Source: a virus
Reading direction: 5' to 3' (one strand)
IMG/VR virus record: IMGVR_UViG_3300045988_028961
Length of the DNA: 49,651 bases
Shown piece by piece: positions 34,133 through 41,171 of this stretch. The position numbers were made by a program, and so were the translations under genes. Below the pieces are notes generated by a model that saw nothing but the letters and a program-made list of their open reading frames with translations, did no database searches and was not told where the DNA came from. Positions within the stretch are counted from its first letter, which is position 1, and the number at the start of each line of letters is the position of its first letter.

Positions 34133-34855
34133 ATGTCTCTTTCTGACGGCGGCGCTCCCATGATGACTATGCCTGTGGCTCCCGCCAACAATTACGGAGG
34201 CGGTATGGGCATGTGGGGCGACAATTGGATCTGGATCATCGTTCTCTTTCTGTTTGGCTGGGGCCGTAACGGCTGGGGCGGCAACGGTAACGGCGGTGTG
34301 ATGGATGGCTACATCCTGACTTCTGACTTTGCCAACATCGAGCGCAAACTGGACGGCGTAAACAACGGTATTTGCGACGGCTTTTATGCCATGAATACCG
34401 GTATGCTGAACGGCTTTGCCGGTGTGACCCAGGCTGTGACCAGCGGCTTCTCCGCTGCGGAGCTGGCCCGTTGCAACCAGCAGGCAGCCTTGATGCAGCA
34501 GCTTACTGCTATGCAAATGCAGAATCAGGAGTGCTGCTGCGAAAACCGTGCGGCTATCGCACAGGTCCGGTATGACATGGCGACGCAGGCCTGCGACACC
34601 CGCAATACGGTGAGCACTGCTGCGCGTGACATCATCGACAACCAGAACCAGAACTCCCGCGCTATCCTGGATTTCCTGACCCAGAGCAAGCTGCGTGATC
34701 TGGAAAGCGCCAATCAGGAGCTGCGTCTGCAGGCTTCTCAGGCTGCGCAGAACAATTATCTGGTGTCTCAGCTGCGGCCCACGCCGATTCCCGCGTACCA
34801 GTCCTGTAACCCCTGGGCTGGCGGCAGCTACACCGGCTGCTGCTCCTGCGCCTGA
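34133..34855 (+). CDS. hypothetical membrane protein: G/W/N-rich N-terminus, one TM helix, coiled coil, Cys-rich C-terminus
   Basis: RBS AAAGGAG. GGGMGMWGDNWIWIIVLFLFGWGRNGWGGNGNGG, an internal QECCCENR, and the C-terminal GCCSCA. Confidence 0.6.
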   Translation: MSLSDGGAPMMTMPVAPANNYGGGMGMWGDNWIWIIVLFLFGWGRNGWGGNGNGGVMDGYILTSDFANIERKLDGVNNGICDGFYAMNTGMLNGFAGVTQAVTSGFSAAELARCNQQAALMQQLTAMQMQNQECCCENRAAIAQVRYDMATQACDTRNTVSTAARDIIDNQNQNSRAILDFLTQSKLRDLESANQELRLQASQAAQNNYLVSQLRPTPIPAYQSCNPWAGGSYTGCCSCA

Positions 34856-34936
34856 CAACTGCATAGCATAGCTTTTCGGGCATCATATTGGTGATGTCAC
34901 CGAAATGTTCGGCCCCGTGCCGATACTGACAACAAC

Positions 34937-34969
34937 GCGGCGGGGCTTTTGCTCCGCCGCTGTATTTTT
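34937..34969 (+). terminator. Rho-independent terminator
   Basis: GCGGCGGGGC-tttt-GCTCCGCCGC followed by TGTATTTTT. Confidence 0.7.
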
Positions 34970-34986
34970 GAGAAAGGATCTGTTTT

Positions 34987-35202
34987 ATGAGAACCGTAAA
35001 CGAACTGAAAATTGATTTTGTCAATCATTTGGCAACCCTGGACAAGTCTAAGATGAACATCTATGAACTGGGCAATTATGCGGATCTGCTGCGTAAGGCA
35101 GACGAGCTTTTTAAGCCCAGCTACACAGACCTGCTTTCCAATGGGGCGCTGTCCCCTTTTGGGGCAATCTTCGGGAAGAAGGAGGAGAAAGAGAATGGCT
35201 GA
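34987..35202 (+). CDS. hypothetical small protein (71 aa)
   Basis: Follows the terminator. Overlaps the start of the next gene. Confidence 0.45.
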   Translation: MRTVNELKIDFVNHLATLDKSKMNIYELGNYADLLRKADELFKPSYTDLLSNGALSPFGAIFGKKEEKENG

Positions 35203-35617
35203 GTTTTTTAATAATGCTGTTGTTGATGTTTCCGCTGGACAAAGCGTCCCTCTCACATCCACGGCAGTCAACAACAAGCCCTGCATCGTTCATCGCAACG
35301 GAAGCGGGCAGGTGACGCTTCGCGGGCTCACTAACCAATGCAAAGCACGCTATAGAGTGGCCTTTGGCGGCAACATTGCCATCCCCACCGGAGGCACAGT
35401 TGAGGCGATCAGCGCCGCTCTGGCGATCAACGGCGAACCGCTGAACAGCGCGACGGCCATCGTTACGCCTGCGGCGGTGGAAAATTATTTCAATATCTAC
35501 GTCAGCGCCATCGTGGAGGTCCCGCGCAACTGCTGTCTGACTGTGGCAATGGAAAACACAAGCACGCAGGCTGTCAGCTTTGCCAACTCCAACATGGCCG
35601 TTGACCGAATCTCTTGA
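35195..35617 (+). CDS. hypothetical beta-rich protein (possible BclA-C / C1q-TNF-like jelly roll)
   Basis: RBS GAAGGAGGAG. Alternating beta-strand-like sequence ...VTLRGLTNQCKARYRVAFGGNIAIPTGG...YVSAIVEVPRNCCLTVAMEN. The fold call is a guess. Confidence 0.55.
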   Translation: MAEFFNNAVVDVSAGQSVPLTSTAVNNKPCIVHRNGSGQVTLRGLTNQCKARYRVAFGGNIAIPTGGTVEAISAALAINGEPLNSATAIVTPAAVENYFNIYVSAIVEVPRNCCLTVAMENTSTQAVSFANSNMAVDRIS

Positions 35618-35630
35618 AAGGAGCGATAAT

Positions 35631-36005
35631 ATGAGCATGAAAGCATTAAACGATATCCGGGATATGCTGTGCGAGGAACTGGACGAATTGGCCCGCAAGG
35701 GCGAGCTGGGTGCTGGTGATTTGGAGATCATCCACAAGGCCGTTTCTTCCATCAAGAACATTGACAAGATTGAGATGTTCGACGGCGGCTATTCTCGCGA
35801 CGGTGACTGGGACGCCAATATTCGCGGCACTTACGGACGGGGCAGTTCTTACCGTGGCCGTCACCGCGATTCTATGGGCCGCTACAGCCGAGACGATGCC
35901 CACGAACATATGCGCCGCCAGTTGCAGGACATGATCCGCGACGCTGACGATGATAACGTGCGTGAGGCTCTGCGGCGCTGCATGACGCAGATGGAGACCA
36001 TGTAA
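35631..36005 (+). CDS. hypothetical charged protein with an R/G/S/Y/D-rich centre
   Basis: RBS AAAGGAG. ...GGYSRDGDWDANIRGTYGRGSSYRGRHRDSMGRYSRDD... Confidence 0.5.
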   Translation: MSMKALNDIRDMLCEELDELARKGELGAGDLEIIHKAVSSIKNIDKIEMFDGGYSRDGDWDANIRGTYGRGSSYRGRHRDSMGRYSRDDAHEHMRRQLQDMIRDADDDNVREALRRCMTQMETM

Positions 36006-36020
36006 GGGGGTGCGCCCCCC

Positions 36021-36350
36021 GTGATCGACGAGAAGGAATTGCAGCTTTGGATTAGTAGGCTCGAAACCGAAGAATCCAGCTGGGGCAACTATGAAAAGCT
36101 GGCCGCGTTATACACCATTGCCAATCAGCACAAAGAGGTAAGCTTGCCGGAAATGCCGGTCATGTACTCTGCCGCGCCTGCGCCGGAAGCTGTGCAGTTG
36201 GTAGGCGAGTATGGGGACAGCCCGTTTTTACAGGCGGTCGCCAAAGTGTCACCGGAAAAGGCATGGGGCGTGATGGACGAGCTGATGGACGCGCTGATCA
36301 TTTCCAATAGCCGGGTATACAACAGCGTAATGGCAAAACTGGGGCGGTAA
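36021..36350 (+). CDS. hypothetical protein (109 aa)
   Basis: GTG start after AAGGGGG. Last gene before attP. Confidence 0.45.
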   Translation: MIDEKELQLWISRLETEESSWGNYEKLAALYTIANQHKEVSLPEMPVMYSAAPAPEAVQLVGEYGDSPFLQAVAKVSPEKAWGVMDELMDALIISNSRVYNSVMAKLGR

Positions 36351-36483
36351 AATTGTTAGTAATTTGTCAGCTACCCAGCGAAAACACACAGAAACAGGGA
36401 AACGTTTTTGCTGGAAAAGTTTGCAATATTGCTGTGTATTGCTGGGAAATGTCAACTTATGCTCGATTTTTAATTGCGTGCTA

Positions 36484-36531
36484 TGCCTTTTAAGCAGGGT
36501 GTCCGGGGTTCGAATCCCCGACGGGGCACCA
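36484..36531 (+). other. attP core: 3' portion of a tRNA-Lys(UUU)-like gene
   Basis: Anticodon loop CTTTTAA, 3' anticodon stem GCAGG, T arm CGGGG-TTCGAAT-CCCCG, acceptor 3' strand ACGGGGC, then A-CCA. No matching 5' acceptor strand or D arm lies upstream. The integrase gene is adjacent. Confidence 0.65.
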
Positions 36532-36533
36532 AA

Positions 36534-36574
36534 AAATCCTCGTAACCATGCGGGTTACGAGGATTTTTCTTTTT
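36534..36574. terminator. Bidirectional intrinsic terminator
   Basis: 14-bp stem AAATCCTCGTAACC/GGTTACGAGGATTT flanked by an A-run and a T-run. Follows the tRNA fragment (+) and the integrase stop (-). Confidence 0.7.
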
Positions 36575-36577
36575 CTG

Positions 36578-37681
36578 CTATTTTGCCTTTGTTTGTAACG
36601 TGTTAGTAACCGCACTGACCAGCGTTTCTGCGTCAATGTGCGTGTAAACGTCGGCAGTTGTGGCATAATTGGCATGACCGAGAATTTTTTGCAGATATTC
36701 AGGGGCAAGACCTTCTTTGACCGCGCGGGTGGCGTAAGTGTGCCGCGTGGCATGGGGGGTCTTTTTTTCTATTTTGAGCCTTTCCAACAGGGAGTAATAT
36801 TCCCGCCTGCGGAAGTTGGCAGGGACTTTTTGACCATCATATCCTGAAATTAGCAAACTGCCGTTTGCTTTTTTTGCAAAGTATGCAAAATACTCCTGGC
36901 CTTCTGGCCGGATAGGGATAATGCGGTTTTTGCCTGCTTCTGTCTTTTCACCGCCGACCACATAATCCCCGTGATAATCTTTCAGTGGTAGGGTGAACAA
37001 TTCACCGATGCGCATACCGGTGGCAAGAAGCATAAGGATGATCTTGGCGGTGTCGCTGCCGTCCTTTTCTAGCTTTTTAATCTCGGCGGCGGTAAACACG
37101 TCTTTTTCTTTCTTGACGTTTTCCGGAAGCTTTACAAAGCGGGCAAAGTTGGTGGTGCAAATTTCCTCTCGCACGGCCCATGTGGACATCTGGGTAATAA
37201 GCTGCTTGTACTTGTTTACCGTGGAGTGGCTTTTGCTCATGTGCTGGTCGATCACCGATTGGAAGTCATCGGTGCGCAGGCTGCGAAATTTCTTATCGTG
37301 CAGTGGCTGAAAGATCACATAAGCGCGTTCGTAGGTCTCGATGCCCTTCTCTCCGATCTCGCGGTAATGCTCCGCTTTCCACTCGGTAAAAACTTCCGAG
37401 AAGGTCATGTTGTACCGTTCGTCCAAATCCTTGCCGGAAAGCTTCTCTAAGGCCGCCAGCGCGTCCGTTTTCTTCTCGTAGTATCCGACAATGACCTTGT
37501 TCTTCGCGGCCACCCACGGCCTTGTACGGCGGCCTGAAAGCTTATAAACGGTTCCGGCTCCGTTGGGACGCTTCAACGCTTTGCGGGGCGCTGCGGCCTG
37601 TCTCTTTCCACACCACGGGCAAAACGTTGCATTGGCGGGAACTTCTCTCTTACAGCTCTTACATTTCGTTGACTTTTCCAT
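36578..37681 (-). CDS. int: Tyrosine integrase with an N-terminal zinc ribbon
   Basis: CKSCK...CPWCG N-terminus. C-terminal catalytic region ...HATRHTYATRAV...LGHANYATTADVYTH. Confidence 0.9.
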   Translation of the reverse strand: MEKSTKCKSCKREVPANATFCPWCGKRQAAAPRKALKRPNGAGTVYKLSGRRTRPWVAAKNKVIVGYYEKKTDALAALEKLSGKDLDERYNMTFSEVFTEWKAEHYREIGEKGIETYERAYVIFQPLHDKKFRSLRTDDFQSVIDQHMSKSHSTVNKYKQLITQMSTWAVREEICTTNFARFVKLPENVKKEKDVFTAAEIKKLEKDGSDTAKIILMLLATGMRIGELFTLPLKDYHGDYVVGGEKTEAGKNRIIPIRPEGQEYFAYFAKKANGSLLISGYDGQKVPANFRRREYYSLLERLKIEKKTPHATRHTYATRAVKEGLAPEYLQKILGHANYATTADVYTHIDAETLVSAVTNTLQTKAK

Positions 37682-37779
37682 CGTTTTGTGTTACCCTAAT
37701 TGGGCAAACTCCTTTCATTGATTTTGTGGTAGATTTCTGTGTTGGGGGTTGCGGGCCGCTCCGAAAGGGGCGGTCTTTT

Positions 37780-38346
37780 TTACTGCTCTTTTATCTTCCT
37801 CGCGTATCGCAAAGCGTTCAAAAACGCCGACGCGATTACGCCTACACCGACCGCCAGCAGGACAATAACGATCCATGCCAGTGTGCTGGCCTGACCGCCC
37901 TGTATCAAACCGGCGTATGGTACGCTGTAGTCGAATACAACATAGCCGACAAGCACCAGCAGCAGGATCACGGCAATCGTTGTGACGCTGTACAGAGAAA
38001 CGCGCAGGCGCTTTTCTTTGGTGTTCTGGTTGTCTACTGTTTTGTTGAGCTGTTCTACACTTCCTTCAAGGTGGGCAAGCTTCAGCTCTGCCTTGTGGTC
38101 ATGCTCCAGTTCCCGCACCTGATCTTCCGGCAGAACATACGGCGTGATGTCAAAATATTTGTCCATTGAAACACCACATGCTCGGCATATGTTGCCGGAG
38201 TTATTTACAGTTGGCGTTTTAGATGTAGATGCAAAAAAGTTTTGCACACTGGAAAGCGGAACGTTGGCTTTGTCTGCAACGTCCTGATTGGTCATACCCT
38301 GTCGGTCTCTGGCCTCTCTGCATATATCCTGTAAAGATTTGTTCAT
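37780..38346 (-). CDS. Membrane-anchored XRE-type HTH regulator
   Basis: N-terminal HTH (GMTNQDVADKANVPLSSVQNFF), a coiled-coil linker, then two C-terminal TM helices (VTTIAVILLLVLVGYVVF and LAWIVIVLLAVGVGVIASAFL). Confidence 0.7.
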   Translation of the reverse strand: MNKSLQDICREARDRQGMTNQDVADKANVPLSSVQNFFASTSKTPTVNNSGNICRACGVSMDKYFDITPYVLPEDQVRELEHDHKAELKLAHLEGSVEQLNKTVDNQNTKEKRLRVSLYSVTTIAVILLLVLVGYVVFDYSVPYAGLIQGGQASTLAWIVIVLLAVGVGVIASAFLNALRYARKIKEQ

Positions 38347-38621
38347 TTCCTGCTCCTCTACCCATTGTTGGGTAGGAAATACCCGAATGTCGGTATGTCT
38401 AGTTTTGTCGAATACCCATCTTCGGCATTGACCTACCCAACCTATTTTTGCTACGCTCTCATTGCGCGGCGGGCATGGTGGGTGTCCGTCGGGAAAAGCC
38501 CTCCGCCGTTGTTGCGGAGACGGCGGAGGGCTTACACAGGCCAGTTATAATGATGGGACATGGGCGGAACGCCTCCCTTGACGTTAGTGGTCTTTCCCTA
38601 AAATTATACCACATCTAGCGG

Positions 38622-38650
38622 TTGCAAAACAGTTAAGGTTGTGTTACAAT
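38622..38650 (+). promoter_or_regulatory. Sigma70-type promoter (plus strand) inside the minus-strand lysogeny island
   Basis: TTGCAA (38622-38627), a 17-nt spacer, then TGtTACAAT (extended -10; TACAAT at 38645-38650). Confidence 0.55.
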
Positions 38651-38704
38651 AAGCGTATGAAATGAAACGCTTGTTCTAACACGGAACTTGGACGGAGGAA
38701 CGGA

Positions 38705-38851
38705 ATGATGACGGAACAGGTACATAAGAGCAATCTGGAACAGATCAAACTTGATGACCTGCGGAAACAAATCATTGAAATGCTTGACCGGCTACCCGAC
38801 AAAGATTTCAATGAGGTTTATGAAACGCTGAAAGAAAGAGGTATTCTATGA
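38705..38851 (+). CDS. hypothetical small protein (48 aa; not in the supplied ORF track)
   Basis: RBS GGACGGAGGAACGGA lies before ATG 38705. Reads MMTEQVHKSNLEQIKLDDLRKQIIEMLDRLPDKDFNEVYETLKERGIL*. Confidence 0.4.
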   Translation: MMTEQVHKSNLEQIKLDDLRKQIIEMLDRLPDKDFNEVYETLKERGIL

Positions 38852-39054
38852 AAGAGCTTTTTTGTGCGCTGCTTGTATTCTCCGTTCTGTCGAACATCTG
38901 GTTGTGGATCAATTTTTGGAACTTAAAGTGCCGACACTTTGAGTTTGAAGAAATTACCCTTTCTTCTATCCGCGACCTGTTAACAGTACTTTGCAAGCAC
39001 CCAGCCGAGGATCGTTCCGGCCAAAGTGCCGAGCAGGCCGCCGACAAAGTATAA
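38848..39054 (+). CDS. hypothetical small membrane protein (weak)
   Basis: ATGA coupling to the previous ORF. N-terminal hydrophobic segment. The 3' end overlaps the convergent ORF 38980..39189. Confidence 0.3.
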   Translation: MKELFCALLVFSVLSNIWLWINFWNLKCRHFEFEEITLSSIRDLLTVLCKHPAEDRSGQSAEQAADKV

Positions 39055-39189
39055 ATCTGCTTTTCTTTCTGCACGCTTTCTTAGGTATTCTTCCCTTTCG
39101 TTCTTCTGGACAATATAGGGGACAGTTTCACCGCGGGCGATTGGCGGGATCTCAATGTCTTTCCCATTAAAGGTGAATTTATTTTTCAT
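38980..39189 (-). CDS. hypothetical tail-anchored membrane protein (69 aa)
   Basis: C-terminal TM helix LYFVGGLLGTLAGTILGWVLA. Overlaps the stop of the upstream gene by 11 nt. Confidence 0.45.
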   Translation of the reverse strand: MKNKFTFNGKDIEIPPIARGETVPYIVQKNEREEYLRKRAERKADLYFVGGLLGTLAGTILGWVLAKYC

Positions 39190-39646
39190 TTTTCTTTTCC
39201 AATTCCTTTAGCTTTTGAGCGACTTCGTTCATGATATCCAGCAAAACCGAAGCGTCAGTTGATTCGCGGATAAAACTTGATACAGTGCTTCTCTTGCCCT
39301 CGATCGTCGGATCGGGGGTTTCTTTTTTTGCGCCCTGGCGCTGCTGGTCAAGCAGGTCGCGGACACGGGCAATGTCCTTCTGGCACTTGGCGGTTTCTTC
39401 TTCGGTCTCGCCCTGGTGGAGAAGGATTTCGTCGGGGGTGGTTTGGAGCAGGACGCACATTTGGGCGGCTGCATTGTAAGATGGCAAGTTCATGCTGCGT
39501 CCTCTTCTTAAATCTGCCACCCATCTATTATTTTTTTCAAACTTCCTTGAAAACGCGGCTTCGCTTATATCTTCCTTTGCGCAATAGCTTTCAATCAACT
39601 TTAAACAATTAGAATTAAGCGAAACGCTGTTTAACTTTTTTGGCAT
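39179..39646 (-). CDS. HTH protein, candidate CI-like repressor (no peptidase domain)
   Basis: The N-terminal ~75 aa has an XRE-like HTH flavour, followed by a charged coiled-coil C-terminus. Position is in the leftward lysogeny operon. Confidence 0.5.
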   Translation of the reverse strand: MPKKLNSVSLNSNCLKLIESYCAKEDISEAAFSRKFEKNNRWVADLRRGRSMNLPSYNAAAQMCVLLQTTPDEILLHQGETEEETAKCQKDIARVRDLLDQQRQGAKKETPDPTIEGKRSTVSSFIRESTDASVLLDIMNEVAQKLKELEKKNEK

Positions 39647-39658
39647 ACTGAGTTTCCT

Positions 39659-40333
39659 TTAACTAATTTTTATTCCGACCAATTCAGCCTGCTTTACTAT
39701 TTTTTGATAATTTTTTGAATTTGTGCTTTTCATTCTGGAATATCCAGATAAAGATTTTGGACACAAGTCCGGTAATTTTTCTTGCAAGTAATAATATTCG
39801 TGACGTAATGAACGCTTTCTAATTCTTTCGTTTTCCATGCTTTTGATAAGGCGCTTCCACTTAAAAAAAGCAGATATGCCGGGAAAATTTCTTATAGAAA
39901 ACCGAGGGTACATGTCAACTATATTAAAATGTGCGTCTACGCGGTTTTCTTCCTCCCATGCTTCTTTATGTGCGCCAATTTCGTGCAGACAAGAAATTCT
40001 GGATATGTAATCATCATATTTCCAAATCATATCAGAAATAAACATCAGACTGTGTGCTTTTCGGACGCACTCTACTGCAAGCGGAACGTTTTTTGACTTA
40101 TAATAATTCATAAAACATTCTCCGCGCAAATAATACTCTACTCGCCCTGTGGGGGAGCCACCGTTCACCTCTTTACACGGAACAGGAATAGCCCGTATTC
40201 CTTCAACGGTGGTAAAGTCATATAAATTTCGCAATTTAATAACTTCTTGTTCCCGTATTCTCAAGTAAGCCGCGTTTTTCTCTTCGAGGGTTTTAGAATC
40301 ATCATAAAAAATATTGTAGGCCATTTTTAACAC
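39659..40333 (-). CDS. hypothetical protein (224 aa) in the AT-rich island; candidate defence / exclusion gene
   Basis: First gene of the leftward operon next to the switch. Very AT-rich codon usage. No motif recognised. ATG 40324 is an alternative start. Confidence 0.55.
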   Translation of the reverse strand: MLKMAYNIFYDDSKTLEEKNAAYLRIREQEVIKLRNLYDFTTVEGIRAIPVPCKEVNGGSPTGRVEYYLRGECFMNYYKSKNVPLAVECVRKAHSLMFISDMIWKYDDYISRISCLHEIGAHKEAWEEENRVDAHFNIVDMYPRFSIRNFPGISAFFKWKRLIKSMENERIRKRSLRHEYYYLQEKLPDLCPKSLSGYSRMKSTNSKNYQKIVKQAELVGIKIS

Positions 40334-40348
40334 GTCCTATTGGTTTTC

Positions 40349-40373
40349 GCGCGGAATTTATTCCGCGCTTTTT
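40349..40373 (+). terminator. Plus-strand-oriented intrinsic terminator just upstream of the rightward promoter
   Basis: GCGCGGAA-ttta-TTCCGCGC followed by TTTTT. The reverse orientation lacks a U-run. Confidence 0.6.
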
Positions 40374-40451
40374 CATTTTAATAAAAACCGACAAAACAAA
40401 AACAAGAAATTTGTACGTTATGTAAAAACCAACGTTTTGTAGGAAAATACA

Positions 40452-40480
40452 TTGACATCCACCGTTATGTAGGCTATAAT
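40452..40480 (+). promoter_or_regulatory. Perfect-consensus early rightward promoter
   Basis: TTGACA (40452-40457), a 17-nt spacer, then TATAAT (40475-40480). An operator-like repeat lies in the spacer. Confidence 0.75.
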
Positions 40481-40644
40481 AGCCTTACAGAACTTGAAGC
40501 AGGCAACAAAAAACCAAACCCCCATCGGAAATCTCCGTTTTGCGGGCTTATAGCCGATATTTTGTTGGCTGACACTTACATAATAACGGTTGGTATAGCG
40601 TTTGTCAAGATAAAGTTCTGAACACCGAAAGGAGGGCTGAGAGC

Positions 40645-40866
40645 TTGGAATTAAAGGCGCTGCGAGAAAACGCGGGTTTGAGCCAGAGCTACGTCGCAAA
40701 GAAGTGCAACGTGACTGTCGCCGCCGTGTCGAACTGGGAGAACCGCGTGAACGGCATCGCAAGGAAGTACCACAAGACGCTGGCAAGGCTGTACGGCGTG
40801 ACAGTGGCGGACATTGAGGACGCTGTGCGGTGTACGGCGGAGGAACGGAAGAAGGAGGAGAAATGA
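40645..40866 (+). CDS. Cro-like XRE HTH regulator
   Basis: TTG start 8 nt after AAAGGAGGG. LRENAGLSQSYVAKKCNVTVAAVSNWEN HTH. Divergent from the lysogeny operon. Confidence 0.75.
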   Translation: MELKALRENAGLSQSYVAKKCNVTVAAVSNWENRVNGIARKYHKTLARLYGVTVADIEDAVRCTAEERKKEEK

Positions 40867-41150
40867 ACTATCTTAACAATCCGGCTCTTATGAGCTGCTG
40901 CCCGCTCAATGACTTTGATACGGTCAAAGTTGAGAAGCGCATTGTGCTGGAGGACACGGAAACCGAGAAGGCCATTGGCGTTGGCGAACAGCCTGAGCTT
41001 GGCAAGACGTACCGGTGCAAAGAAAAGTGGGTGCTGATCAAGGGCTATCTTCCGGCAGGGTATTACGCAACGGAAGACCAGGCGCGGGCCGCTTATGAAA
41101 AGCTCATAAGCGAGTTCAACGAGCAAGGACGCGTTTTTTGCGTAGAATGA
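40863..41150 (+). CDS. hypothetical early protein (95 aa)
   Basis: ATGA coupling to the cro-like gene. Confidence 0.5.
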   Translation: MNYLNNPALMSCCPLNDFDTVKVEKRIVLEDTETEKAIGVGEQPELGKTYRCKEKWVLIKGYLPAGYYATEDQARAAYEKLISEFNEQGRVFCVE

Positions 41151-41171
41151 CGAAACAAAGGAGAATGAAAA

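Noticed and set aside
36364-36606. 80-aa + strand ORF across attP
   Set aside because: It reads through the tRNA 3' fragment and the terminator hairpin (…SGVRIPDGAPKNPRNHAGYEDF…). This is not coding.
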